Source: a candidate division FCPU426 bacterium | Lineage (GTDB): Bacteria; Oederibacteriota; PGYV01; Palsa-1178 | Assembly (NCBI GenBank): GCA_963840035.1 | Contig: CAWIXE010000002.1 | Coordinates: 992,099 to 1,056,098, forward strand | DNA length: 64,000 nt | Direction: 5' to 3' | Part shown: positions 45,020 to 54,766 of the stretch, piece by piece | Numbering within the stretch: the stretch's first letter is position 1 | Layout: each line of letters opens with the position of its first letter | Position numbers and translations under genes: made by a program | The notes under the pieces: model-generated | What the model was told of the DNA's origin: nothing | Databases searched by the model: none | Seen by the model: only the letters and a program-made list of their open reading frames with translations

Positions 45020-45457
45020 ATGGAAAAATCAGTCATAACAGTAAACATATTCGGGAATGAATACACGATCAAAGGCGTGGCGCGTCCCGACTATATTATC
45101 TCCCTTGCCAACTACCTCAATAATAAAATGACCGAAGTACAGGAAGCAACGGGCCTAAAGGACGCGAAGAAAATAGCTATTTTAGCAGCCATTAACATAT
45201 CAGACGAGTTGTTCGAAGCTAAACGCGCAATGAAAGAAGGGTTTGTCCCTAATGACCAGCTTGCGGCCATAAGGAATAAGGTAGAGGGATTAATCGCCAC
45301 CATAGACCGTGAACTTCCATCGGGAATTGATATATCATCTGAAGTTCCGGCTCAGGGCGCGGGAAATACAGCTTCCCAGGCGCCTGCCGCTGACGAAGCC
45401 ATTAAAGAAGACATCACACCCCCGGATAATCCGTCCCTACCGCCAAAAACCGAATAA
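45020..45457 (+). CDS. zapA: cell division protein ZapA
   Basis: 'ITVNIFGNEYTIKG...AKKIAILAAINISDELFEAK' ZapA signature. Confidence 0.8.
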   Translation: MEKSVITVNIFGNEYTIKGVARPDYIISLANYLNNKMTEVQEATGLKDAKKIAILAAINISDELFEAKRAMKEGFVPNDQLAAIRNKVEGLIATIDRELPSGIDISSEVPAQGAGNTASQAPAADEAIKEDITPPDNPSLPPKTE

Positions 45458-45468
45458 GCTCCCGGATT

Positions 45469-46659
45469 CTAATAAGTTCCGTTGCTGTCCGTTTTAACAA
45501 AATATATGTTATATGAATTTTCGCCTGAAGGATTCTTTACCCATCCTGTTACCGCAATTCCGAAGTCCTTAGAGAGCGCGATACCTCCGAGATAATCGTC
45601 CATTTTGGTCCCGAAATTCCGGCTCCACAAAGGCGTGCCTGAACTGTCAGTCTTTATAATATACAGGTCGCTGCTGCCCTGGGTAAAGGATTCGCTAGTG
45701 GAACCTATTACATAGCCGCCTTTACCGTCGCTAATCACAGACTCACCGAATTCATTCAGCATGTCGCCGTACGTCCTGGCCCATACACAATCCCCTTCGG
45801 CGTCGGTTTTAACCAAGTATATGTCATTATTTTCAGCGGTTGAAACATATGTAGTGCCGCATATCAAATAACCGCGGTCGTCAGTTTGTATTATCTTGGC
45901 AGCGCTGTCATCTAAATTTCCGCCATACGCTCTCGTCCACACCGTATTTCCGCTTAAATCAAATTTTACGATTGCGGCATCAGTTTTTTCTTTTACATTT
46001 TTTACGGCTTCGCCTGAGACAACATATCCCCCGTCAATGCCCGCAATTATGCATTTTGCCTTGAATGAATGAAAACCAGCATCCGTCACTTTCGTCCACA
46101 CGCTGTTTCCGTCCTGATCTATCTTTATCAGCATGCATGAATACCGATTTGATTTAAGGGGGTCATGCGCTGAACCCGCAATTATAAAACCTCCGTCAGA
46201 AGTTTCCATGATGGCAGACGCCTCTTCATTCTCCGCGGTACCGTATGTCCTCAGGAACTTTATATTCCCTTTTTTGTCCGTTCTGACAGCTAAAAAATCA
46301 GCAAGGCCGGCGCCGTATGATGTAGTTGCCCCGGCCATGACAAAATCACCGTTTGAAGCGATTACTACAGAATAGAACCGATCATCCCCAGCTCCGCCAA
46401 AATAATTGTCCCATTGCTTTTTTCCATGACTGTCAAGTTTAAGCAAGTATGCGTCCACATAACCGGCGCCAGCGGCAGTGGACATGCCGGCAATGACATA
46501 ACCGTTATCATCAGTTGCTTTTATATCCCGCGCGCTGTTATATTTTACGCCGGTAATAACAGCGGGTTTTATACGCGAAGGCGGCAATACTGACAGCACG
46601 GCGGCAAATATTCCGGATAAAATAATTACAATAAATATTATAACTGCCATTTTTTTCAT
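45469..46659 (-). CDS. membrane-anchored beta-propeller repeat protein (SBBP-like repeats)
   Basis: N-terminal anchor; six to seven repeats of the pattern 'YGG..D...S...T.DGGY...G.T.S.G.G..D..L.K.D..GN..W'. Confidence 0.5.
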   Translation of the reverse strand: MKKMAVIIFIVIILSGIFAAVLSVLPPSRIKPAVITGVKYNSARDIKATDDNGYVIAGMSTAAGAGYVDAYLLKLDSHGKKQWDNYFGGAGDDRFYSVVIASNGDFVMAGATTSYGAGLADFLAVRTDKKGNIKFLRTYGTAENEEASAIMETSDGGFIIAGSAHDPLKSNRYSCMLIKIDQDGNSVWTKVTDAGFHSFKAKCIIAGIDGGYVVSGEAVKNVKEKTDAAIVKFDLSGNTVWTRAYGGNLDDSAAKIIQTDDRGYLICGTTYVSTAENNDIYLVKTDAEGDCVWARTYGDMLNEFGESVISDGKGGYVIGSTSESFTQGSSDLYIIKTDSSGTPLWSRNFGTKMDDYLGGIALSKDFGIAVTGWVKNPSGENSYNIYFVKTDSNGTY

Positions 46660-46674
46660 ATTATTCTCCGATTG

Positions 46675-46974
46675 TTAAAGGATTTTACTGGCTTTATTAT
46701 TGGATTTATAGACAAACACGAGCACTTCCGCTATGAGTTTGTATAGTTCGGGCGGTATTTCCTGGCCTAAATCAAGCTTCGAAAGCACTTCAATAAGGTC
46801 CGGGTCTTCGTGCATCGGTATGTTATGTTTCCTGGCGAGCTCGATTATCTTATCCGCCATTACCCCTTTACCTTTGGCTACTATTTTAGGGGCCGAATCC
46901 GTATTTTTATCATAATGTATGGCAAGCGCCTGTTTCTTTTTCTGTGGAAGGTTTGGGCTCAGCTTTTCATCCAT
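46675..46974 (-). CDS. FlhB C-terminal-domain paralog (YlqH/FhlB family)
   Basis: 'ALAIHYDKNTDSAPKIVAKGKG...IPPELYKLIAEVLVFVYK' aligns with the FlhB C-terminal domain in this window ('IAVALRYKEGVDGAPTVVAKG...IPNELFQAVAEILAFVYQ') but lacks NPTH. Confidence 0.75.
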   Translation of the reverse strand: MDEKLSPNLPQKKKQALAIHYDKNTDSAPKIVAKGKGVMADKIIELARKHNIPMHEDPDLIEVLSKLDLGQEIPPELYKLIAEVLVFVYKSNNKASKIL

Positions 46975-46976
46975 TA

Positions 46977-49616
46977 TTATGCCTGAAGGTTGATCCTGCC
47001 GACATTTACATAACCTTCACCCGAGGAAGGCGAAGAACCGGCTTTTTCGCTGTCTATTAGTATCTGAAATGCCTTCATATTAAAATTAACAGTATTTAAG
47101 CCTTCCATGAAGTCGTTTTTGCCCCTCATAAGCGCCTGCTTTGCCTTTTCGCTTGCTATGTTTACCGTGCATTCGACGTCGTTCTTATGGATCGTCATGC
47201 TTATCTTCACGCTGCCCAGGTTGGATGTATTTAGCATGAAGACAATATTTACAGGCATTGATTTTTCAAAACTGTCTTTTACTCCGCCTTTCCTGAACCA
47301 CACCTGGACTTCACCGTTAAAGAGTTTGTTGCTTAAGAATACGGGAAGCTGCGCGTATATCATCTCAAATGCAGCGGGTTTCTGGTTTATAAACTGCAGC
47401 GCGTTCATGTTTGTGAGTATGTCCGTTGCAGCGTCCTTTATCTGGCGTATTGATTCCTTGTGGGCGGGGCTTAGCTTGTATGAATCCATATTTTCGGTGA
47501 CCGAGCCCAGCTTAATCAGCGCCGACTTAAGGTTGTCTTTCATGCCCGCAATGTCCGTTGCGAGCCTTGCGGCCGCCTGATTGTTATCCTTTACTATTGA
47601 CTCATTTTTCAGGACAGCGTCCTTTAGTTTGTTCTCAATATTTAGCCCGCTTGATTCCATAAAACTCTTCAACTGCTGTTCTATAACCTGCTGTTTTAAG
47701 TTAGTATCCTCCGGGTTTATGACTACCTGGCGGATGGCGGTTTTTACGGCTTCAGCAGCGTTATACAATGCCGCGATATAAGGGGCATCCTCTTTTGGCA
47801 GGGCGTTTGACTGTTTAAGGCCGTCAAAACGGTTGATGGCATTGGATAGTTTCTCCAGTCCCTGGTTTAATTTCATGTCATCCTTAAAATATTTTCCCAT
47901 GGTATCTATGAATTTGTCATTGCCTGTCGATATATCCCTGGATTTAAGAAACGTCAGCGACTCCACCGTCGATTCGACATCAAATTCCGCGTTGGCAGCC
48001 GTGATCTTTAAAGCCTGGCTTTCCGCAACCCGGGGTTTAATTACGCTGAGCAGCTCGCTTTTCGCCATAAAATCTTTCATAACTGACTGAAATTTTAAAT
48101 AATCTTTGGGCGCTATCATTGTTTCTTCAGGATTATTCGTTATGCCTGTTTTTTGGATCAACTGGGTTATGTTGTCCGCCGCCTTATTTATCTCAGACCT
48201 GAAATTGTTTATCTGGCCCTGGGTTATAACCGATTTATCAACTGATTTATCAAGCCCTTCGCTTAACATCGTTATCCCGACATTTAACTTTGTTATGGCG
48301 GCGGCTATATCCTTAACGTTCTGGGGGAGGTTTGTTTCTCCGGGAGTTAACACATTCCTTTTTAATTCGGCGAATGAATCCCTGATTCCGGTTATTATCT
48401 GTTTCGCCTGCTGGTTTACCGCGTCAAAAATATCCGCTTTCTGATTTATGCCGTCAGGAGCCTTAAGGGCCAAAGCCTGGCTCCCAAGAAGTTTATTTAC
48501 AAAAACGTCCCTTAAGGCATTCGCGGCAGTATTTTCAGAAGCCTGCCCCGTTGACGGGGATGTTATAAACGCCTCCATGTCCGCCTTTAAGCTGCCAAAG
48601 GTTATTTCCAGGTCATTGTTAGGAGACATTGTCATCCTGATGTTTGCTGAATTTATAACGGCAGGCTGCCCGGTGGATACGGCCGCGATCATAACTTTAG
48701 CGTCAGCTGACGATATAAGCCCGTTCTTGACGGAATCATAAACAGCGTTTTCCATAATCTGCTTTGACGCGTTTTTAATTGTTACTGTTACACCGCCCTG
48801 ATTTGCCGCCACATTTATATCCCTGACCTGGCTGGAAACGCCGGCCAGCGTATTTATGATGTTTGTAAATTTTATCGCGGTGCCGGTCTTATCTCCGGAT
48901 GGCTGCGCAAGTGAGACGGCCTGCGCGGGCTGTTTTAGAGATTCCGGCGTATTTGCCGCAGCGGTTTCAAGCGCCTGAAAAGGCTGCGATATCTGAGCGG
49001 CTTCAATGGCGCTTTTGGCTGCATTTGCGGCTTCGGCGCTGAGTTTTATCATCCCTGAAACAAATACTTCTTTGGCCACGGGAAGGGTCTCAATATTCAA
49101 CGCCCTGATATCTATACCTTTTGCGTCCATGTAGCGTATCAGGCTCTGGTTAATATCCGCCATGTTCTGGGCTGTCACAGGCAGGTGATAGTCCATAAGT
49201 TTCTGGGCGATAAAAATATTTTGTTCATTGACAGGCACTTTGATATTTGTCAGCGTCTGCATAATCTGGCTTAATGAAACCTGCTGTCCCTGGAGTTGCG
49301 GGATATCCGCGCCTTTTCCTATATCAGCGGCAGGATTGGGTATTAGTTTCATCATGATCTGATTATTTATCTGCGATACTTCCACATTAATTATGTCGCC
49401 CTTCTGGACGCCCATACCCTGCGGAAGCTGAGATATTATGTTATACCCTTTAAAGTTTATAATGGCTTTATTTTCTCCGGGAATAATGTCAACCACCCTG
49501 CCTTTTAGGGTATCTCCGGGGTTTAATGTGGCGATAAAATCCCTTATGTCCTTATCAGCCGCGTTCAAAAGCTGGAATAAATTTTGATTTACGCTTTGTA
49601 CCGACATTTTTTCCAC
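46977..49616 (-). CDS. large FliK-like (hook-length control domain) protein
   Basis: 879 aa, Gln/Asn/Ala-rich; C-terminal region resembling the FliK Flg_hook domain; flagellar-locus context. Confidence 0.4.
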   Translation of the reverse strand: MEKMSVQSVNQNLFQLLNAADKDIRDFIATLNPGDTLKGRVVDIIPGENKAIINFKGYNIISQLPQGMGVQKGDIINVEVSQINNQIMMKLIPNPAADIGKGADIPQLQGQQVSLSQIMQTLTNIKVPVNEQNIFIAQKLMDYHLPVTAQNMADINQSLIRYMDAKGIDIRALNIETLPVAKEVFVSGMIKLSAEAANAAKSAIEAAQISQPFQALETAAANTPESLKQPAQAVSLAQPSGDKTGTAIKFTNIINTLAGVSSQVRDINVAANQGGVTVTIKNASKQIMENAVYDSVKNGLISSADAKVMIAAVSTGQPAVINSANIRMTMSPNNDLEITFGSLKADMEAFITSPSTGQASENTAANALRDVFVNKLLGSQALALKAPDGINQKADIFDAVNQQAKQIITGIRDSFAELKRNVLTPGETNLPQNVKDIAAAITKLNVGITMLSEGLDKSVDKSVITQGQINNFRSEINKAADNITQLIQKTGITNNPEETMIAPKDYLKFQSVMKDFMAKSELLSVIKPRVAESQALKITAANAEFDVESTVESLTFLKSRDISTGNDKFIDTMGKYFKDDMKLNQGLEKLSNAINRFDGLKQSNALPKEDAPYIAALYNAAEAVKTAIRQVVINPEDTNLKQQVIEQQLKSFMESSGLNIENKLKDAVLKNESIVKDNNQAAARLATDIAGMKDNLKSALIKLGSVTENMDSYKLSPAHKESIRQIKDAATDILTNMNALQFINQKPAAFEMIYAQLPVFLSNKLFNGEVQVWFRKGGVKDSFEKSMPVNIVFMLNTSNLGSVKISMTIHKNDVECTVNIASEKAKQALMRGKNDFMEGLNTVNFNMKAFQILIDSEKAGSSPSSGEGYVNVGRINLQA

Positions 49617-49638
49617 CTTTGTTCTTTATTTATATAAT

Positions 49639-49665
49639 ATATCGGAAATCCGCTGAAAATCTTTA
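49639..49665 (-). promoter_or_regulatory. sigma-28 (FliA)-type promoter TAAA-N15-TCCGATAT
   Basis: On minus strand: TAAA (49665..49662), 15-nt spacer, TCCGATAT (49646..49639); about 25 nt upstream of the FliK-like gene start. Confidence 0.45.
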
Positions 49666-49672
49666 GCGCAAA

Positions 49673-50278
49673 TTAACGCTTAATATTGCGTATTAACTGT
49701 ATTTCGCCCCTTGTAAGGCCGGTTACTTTGGCAATTTCATCCACGGATAGGCCGTTATTTAAAAGGGTATTTATATGCTGGTATTTATCCCTTCCTGCAG
49801 CCTTAAAATCCTTATCCATTACAGGCGCTTCAGCGTTATCTTCCAGGCCGTTAACAACAAGCCTGGACACGGCCGGCGTGTCCTTAACATCCTGTGTGTT
49901 ATCGCCTTCCAGGCTGTCTGATTTTTCGGCAGCGGGTATCTCGGATGGTGTATCATGTATGGCCTCTTTATATTCAGCCTGCCTTCTCAGCTGGTTTCTT
50001 TCCATGAGGTACTTCATCTCATTTATGCGCTCGGTAGCCGCTTTCATGGTCTGCTCAACAGATTTTTTCACTTCCTCCATCGCTATAATCCTTGTATTCG
50101 CGATCACGCTAAGCTCATCAATAAGCGATTTGAGATTTTGCTGGAATTCTATGAGGTCAATGCCTTCAAGTTCGGACATGGGGCCTGATTCGCGGGGTTT
50201 ATTAAGTTTGATAAGAAGAAAAACAACAACAGCTATGAGAATTAAATTTAGGACAACCAGTGTTATGAACATATCCAT
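49673..50278 (-). CDS. hypothetical membrane-anchored protein with C-terminal helix-turn-helix
   Basis: N-terminal TM 'FITLVVLNLILIAVVVFLLI'; C-terminal 'LSVDEIAKVTGLTRGEIQLI'. Confidence 0.45.
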   Translation of the reverse strand: MDMFITLVVLNLILIAVVVFLLIKLNKPRESGPMSELEGIDLIEFQQNLKSLIDELSVIANTRIIAMEEVKKSVEQTMKAATERINEMKYLMERNQLRRQAEYKEAIHDTPSEIPAAEKSDSLEGDNTQDVKDTPAVSRLVVNGLEDNAEAPVMDKDFKAAGRDKYQHINTLLNNGLSVDEIAKVTGLTRGEIQLIRNIKR

Positions 50279-50281
50279 CCT

Positions 50282-50602
50282 TTACGCTTTAATGTCGATT
50301 ATGTAGCCTTCGCCGGGGGATTTAACATCAGTTTCCGGTTTCCGGGAAACGTCAGCCTGCGCCTTTTTTAGGGGCTGTTTTTCTTTCTTAAGCTGTTTTC
50401 CGCGCCGGCCTTCTTCGCTTAAGGCTTTTGACGCGTGTTCTTCCTCGGCTTTCTGGGCCTGGGTAAGTTTAATATTCGCCTGCTCATTTATCTGCATGGC
50501 ATTTTGAGATTGGGCCAGTTGGCCCTGGTTTTGGTTTAAATTATGGAACTTATCCGCGGTGTTTAATGCGCTTATAGCCACCTGTACGTCATGCAGTCTC
50601 AT
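50282..50602 (-). CDS. hypothetical small Gln/Lys-rich protein in flagellar locus
   Basis: 106 aa, no recognised motif; operonic spacing with flanking genes. Confidence 0.35.
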   Translation of the reverse strand: MRLHDVQVAISALNTADKFHNLNQNQGQLAQSQNAMQINEQANIKLTQAQKAEEEHASKALSEEGRRGKQLKKEKQPLKKAQADVSRKPETDVKSPGEGYIIDIKA

Positions 50603-50634
50603 GGGCGCATCATCTCCTTCAGATATATTACGGG

Positions 50635-52293
50635 TTATCCCGAGTAAGGCAGGATCTGGATTTCGCCGTTTTTCTCGACAAAGGTAGCGTACTTTAACTC
50701 ATCCGATATGGTTCGCTGGACTTTGTTTATCACTATTTTTACGCCGGTGTAAATTATGCCCAGGCAGCTTACTTTGCCTCTTTTGGTTGTCGACATTTCC
50801 TTTGCTTTCGCGTCAAGCTTGGACTTTGTTTCTTCCCATTTTTTCTGGTCGGTCATGAGCTTAAACTGCGTCCTGGTAAGTTTCGCGAGCATATCGCGTT
50901 TGTCGGGAGGCAATGCCCCGCCGGCTTTCGCGCTTAAGTCTTTAAGGAATATTATCCCTTTTTTTGTCTTATCAAGCTGTTCCTCGATATTTTTCAGTTC
51001 AGTGACCGCTTTATTCATCTCTTCCCTCATCTTGGGGGTTTCGCCGATGGATATTTCAGTCGGGGTCGCCATTTTCGCGCCCATTTCCTTCGCTGATACT
51101 TCGTGAGCGGCAGCGATCGTCCCGCCTACAAGCAGGCCTTTGGCACCCTGGACAAGTATTTTCTCGCCGGATATAAGCGTGGAATGCATGGCCGCTTCGT
51201 TGACAATGATTGATTTTTCAGTTTCAACATTGGAGTTCCTGATGTATTTCGCGGTTACTTCCCCGCCGGCAGTCACTTTTGCCTTAACTATGCCGCCCTT
51301 AACAGAAACCTTTCCTCCGCATATAAGCGTCGAGGAATCGGCTACATCGTCAATGATAATATCCTCGCCTGCTTTTATCGTGAATTCGCCGACACTTCCG
51401 TGGACTATTACGGTCCCCACGAAGTCAATATTGCCGATGGATAAATTAACATCGCCCTGTATTTCATATACTTCAAGAACTTCAAGTTTGTTGTTTTTAT
51501 AAACTACCTGTCCGTCATTTGCCGCTACAAAGAGTTCCGGGTTTCCTACGGCAGGTTCAACGCCTTTTCCAAATACAAACTTAACATCAGCGCCGGATGA
51601 AGCGGGTATTTCCTCGCCGGTAACGGTCATTCCGTTAATACCGTTCGTCGGGGATACTTTTCTCGCGAGAGCCTCGCCTTTTTTAACATTCTGAATCGAT
51701 TTCACATTTTTATAATCAACTTTATCCTGATCCGCGCCTTCGGCGGCGGCGGCTTCGTTCATGGAAGTGTCTGACTGGAAAAGAAGCTCAAGTTTTGCGT
51801 CCTCGCCGTTAACCATGGAGGTGCCTTCGGCAACAATGTCCTCAATTGATTCCAGCAATATGGTGGGATCCATCCTGGCTTCAAGTCCTCTTTTTACAAG
51901 CGCCTGAATAATATTTTCTTTGAGGCCGAAAACCACTCCATTTTCAGTAAGCGCGGCTTTGGCTGTCTCGAGTGTTATATCCTTGCCGTTACCCTGCGGG
52001 GGAACGATGGTTAACATAGCCGACATTTTTTCGCTGTCAACTTTTACAAAAATCTGCCCGTCCTTTACGCTTACCTGTTCATGCACTATCAGGATCTGCT
52101 GACCGGTTGACTCGCGTACCGCCCTTTCAACCATGGTCCAGTCAACATCCTTGCCTTTATAGGCGTCCTTTTCAAGCTCGGATTTAACAACTGAAAGGTC
52201 GACTTTTTTCCCTTTGCCTTTTGGCGGGAAAACCGTCAGATAAAGCCCGTCTTCTTCCGTACTAATTGTAGGATAACCGTCCATGTCGACCAT
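50635..52293 (-). CDS. flagellar assembly protein FapA (DUF342 family)
   Basis: 552 aa; beta-helix-like Gly/Val/Ile repeat region; C-terminal coiled coil; adjacent to fliA. Confidence 0.65.
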   Translation of the reverse strand: MVDMDGYPTISTEEDGLYLTVFPPKGKGKKVDLSVVKSELEKDAYKGKDVDWTMVERAVRESTGQQILIVHEQVSVKDGQIFVKVDSEKMSAMLTIVPPQGNGKDITLETAKAALTENGVVFGLKENIIQALVKRGLEARMDPTILLESIEDIVAEGTSMVNGEDAKLELLFQSDTSMNEAAAAEGADQDKVDYKNVKSIQNVKKGEALARKVSPTNGINGMTVTGEEIPASSGADVKFVFGKGVEPAVGNPELFVAANDGQVVYKNNKLEVLEVYEIQGDVNLSIGNIDFVGTVIVHGSVGEFTIKAGEDIIIDDVADSSTLICGGKVSVKGGIVKAKVTAGGEVTAKYIRNSNVETEKSIIVNEAAMHSTLISGEKILVQGAKGLLVGGTIAAAHEVSAKEMGAKMATPTEISIGETPKMREEMNKAVTELKNIEEQLDKTKKGIIFLKDLSAKAGGALPPDKRDMLAKLTRTQFKLMTDQKKWEETKSKLDAKAKEMSTTKRGKVSCLGIIYTGVKIVINKVQRTISDELKYATFVEKNGEIQILPYSG

Positions 52294-52297
52294 TATG

Positions 52298-53068
52298 TCA
52301 CCTCTCCCGTTCCAGTTTCCTGAAACCGCTCCTCAGTTTTATAATCAGTTTTGTATGTATCTGACACACCCTAGATTCAGACACATTCATCGCCATCCCT
52401 ATTTCCTTAAGCGTCAAACCATCCCAGTAATACATCTCAAGCATGGCTCTTTCTTCGTTATCAAACTTTTCTATGATTTCAGCGAGGTGGCTGACAGCTT
52501 CTTTTTTCTCAAATTTCTCGAGTGTGCTGTCACTTTCGCCCATTATGTCTTCAAAATAGAAAGAATCCCCATCGCTGCTAAGGATTTCACTGTCCATAGA
52601 TATAAGAGAAATCCCTTTCATTTTATCGAGTATAACATAAAACTCTTCCTTTGTCATCCTCATTTCTTTCATAATTTCCTCATCATTTGCGGGCCTTCCA
52701 TACTCCGATTCAAAGCGTATATAGGCCTGTTCCAGCTTTTTTATCTGTTCCCTGACGTTCTTTGGAAGCAGATCCTCCTTGCGCAGCGCGTCAATTATGG
52801 CGCCCCTAACCCTTTTTGACGCGAATGTCTCGAATTTGACGTTTTTTTCAAGGTCAAATTTGTCAATGGATTCCATGAGGCCTATTATGCCTTCAATATA
52901 AAGGTCTTCCTTGTCGTTTGAGCGTACTTCCTGCGGAAGGTGTGAGGCTATCCTGTCAGTCATGTATTTAACAAGGGGCATGTAGTTTTTTACAAGCAAT
53001 TCCCTGTCTTTATCATTTTTATTCCTGACGTACCTTTTCCACAACTCGTCCGCATTGATATTGTCCAT
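52298..53068 (-). CDS. fliA: RNA polymerase sigma factor for flagellar operon (sigma-28)
   Basis: sigma-70 regions 2, 3, 4; 'LTLKEIGMAMNVSESRVCQIHTKLIIKLR' region-4 HTH. Confidence 0.9.
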   Translation of the reverse strand: MDNINADELWKRYVRNKNDKDRELLVKNYMPLVKYMTDRIASHLPQEVRSNDKEDLYIEGIIGLMESIDKFDLEKNVKFETFASKRVRGAIIDALRKEDLLPKNVREQIKKLEQAYIRFESEYGRPANDEEIMKEMRMTKEEFYVILDKMKGISLISMDSEILSSDGDSFYFEDIMGESDSTLEKFEKKEAVSHLAEIIEKFDNEERAMLEMYYWDGLTLKEIGMAMNVSESRVCQIHTKLIIKLRSGFRKLERER

Positions 53069-53073
53069 AGCCC

Positions 53074-53427
53074 CTATTTTCCGTAAATATCATCAAATAA
53101 ATCGTCATCCACTTTGGTAACAATGTCTAATTTCTTTCCTTTTATCGGATCGCTTTTCTTTAAACCCGCCGGTTTTTCCGCCGGCATGTTTTTTTTATCA
53201 GCTGTAAATTCTTTAACGGCAGTTTCCGGGCCGTTTTTACCGGCGAAAACCAGCTTTAAGGAATAGAAAACAGCGATAAAAACAATTACTCCTGTTATTA
53301 CCGCGGATAAGACTATTTTAATGATATCCGCGTCATTTACATTTATAAGCCCGCCGATAAAAAAGCCCAATACCCCGGCTAAGATAGCGGCTTCAGCGTA
53401 TGTTTTATTATCAGTTTGTCCGCTCAT
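53074..53427 (-). CDS. hypothetical small membrane protein
   Basis: 117 aa, two hydrophobic helices; overlaps PilZ gene by 4 nt. Confidence 0.4.
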   Translation of the reverse strand: MSGQTDNKTYAEAAILAGVLGFFIGGLINVNDADIIKIVLSAVITGVIVFIAVFYSLKLVFAGKNGPETAVKEFTADKKNMPAEKPAGLKKSDPIKGKKLDIVTKVDDDLFDDIYGK

Positions 53428-53792
53428 TTTTTCTTGTTGGGTTTGGCTTTTACGCCTTCCCTGAGTATGTATTTGATCAGCCTGTCCTGGTCCGGGCCTT
53501 CCAGGTCCTTGAATTTGATAACAGCCTCAAACTGGCCGCCCGATATTTCCTTCATGCCGATTATGGTTCCTGCTGTATCTATCGGCTTTTCCCCGGGAAG
53601 CTTTACCGCTATTTCAAGCAGCGTCCCTTTTTCTATCTTCTTAGGGACAAACATGGTCATGCCGTTCCCGCTTATAGTGTCGGTAAACGATGTATTCGGG
53701 GCTATAGCGGTGCTTGCGAACCTTTCTATTATTACCTTATACTCGATCTCAACCCTTTTCTGAAGCCTTACGTGATCCCTTCTTTCAGCCAT
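53424..53792 (-). CDS. PilZ domain protein in flagellar operon (YcgR/MotI-like c-di-GMP receptor)
   Basis: 'RRDHVR' (RxxxR) and 'DTISGNG' (DxSxxG). Confidence 0.7.
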   Translation of the reverse strand: MAERRDHVRLQKRVEIEYKVIIERFASTAIAPNTSFTDTISGNGMTMFVPKKIEKGTLLEIAVKLPGEKPIDTAGTIIGMKEISGGQFEAVIKFKDLEGPDQDRLIKYILREGVKAKPNKKK

Positions 53793-53809
53793 ATTGCACC
53801 CCCTTTATT

Positions 53810-54766
53810 TCATTTGAATAATTCAAATATTCTTTTAAAGACATTTCCCGCAGCCGCGTTCTTTAAGGCGCCCGCGCTGCCGGCTTCCCTTGTCATGCGC
53901 TGTGATATTTTCGCTGCTATTTCCTTTATGCATTCAGACGCCCTGGAATTCGGATGGAGCACCGTGTAGGGACGCTGGGCCATTACGCTTGAAAGCACAT
54001 TTTTATCCCTGTAAATAAAGCCATATGATTCCACAAAGGTATTTAGAAAGCGGCGGGCTAAAAGCACCACCCTTGACGCGATTTCCTTTGCCTCTTCCTT
54101 TGAATTAACCATGTTTACTATGAGCTTAAGGGGCACTGTTGATTTATTCATGGATGATACTTTTATAAGACCATAAGCATCCATTAACGCCGTAGGTTCC
54201 GGAGTGGTGACTACGATGGAATAATCAGAGGCGTATATGAAGCTCATTGTGTTTCTGCTTATGCCGGCTCCCGTGTCTATGAGCAGTACATCCACCATAT
54301 CCTCAAGCTCAGATATCTTTTCAATAAATTCAGAACGCTGCTGATTGCTTAAGTTGACAAGCTCCTTAACACCCGATCCGCTGGCAATTACCTTAATGCC
54401 GTACTCTGTCTCAGTTATTATATCCTTAATGTCCTTTTCCCCGCGCAGGACATGCACCAGGTTATATTTGGGGTTAATACCGAGCAATATGTCAATATTC
54501 GCAAGGCCTAAATCCGCGTCCAGTATCATTACGCGGTTTCCCATCTTGGATAGTTCAAGCGCCACGTTAACCGTAAAATTAGACTTGCCAACCCCGCCTT
54601 TTCCGCTGGCAACGGCTATGACCTTGGTTGTGGGCCTTGCTTCATGCGAATCAACTATCTCCTCGCCTGTCTCGGGGTCAATTTCTCCGCCGCCTTCAGG
54701 GGATGCGTTCATTGATTCCTGTTTTCTGGATTTTACGAGTTCCCTTAGCCTCTCTGCCTGATCCAT
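53810..54766 (-). CDS. flhG: flagellar number regulator FlhG (MinD-like ATPase)
   Basis: Deviant Walker A 'VIAVASGKGGVGKSNFTVNVA'; follows flhF. Confidence 0.85.
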   Translation of the reverse strand: MDQAERLRELVKSRKQESMNASPEGGGEIDPETGEEIVDSHEARPTTKVIAVASGKGGVGKSNFTVNVALELSKMGNRVMILDADLGLANIDILLGINPKYNLVHVLRGEKDIKDIITETEYGIKVIASGSGVKELVNLSNQQRSEFIEKISELEDMVDVLLIDTGAGISRNTMSFIYASDYSIVVTTPEPTALMDAYGLIKVSSMNKSTVPLKLIVNMVNSKEEAKEIASRVVLLARRFLNTFVESYGFIYRDKNVLSSVMAQRPYTVLHPNSRASECIKEIAAKISQRMTREAGSAGALKNAAAGNVFKRIFELFK

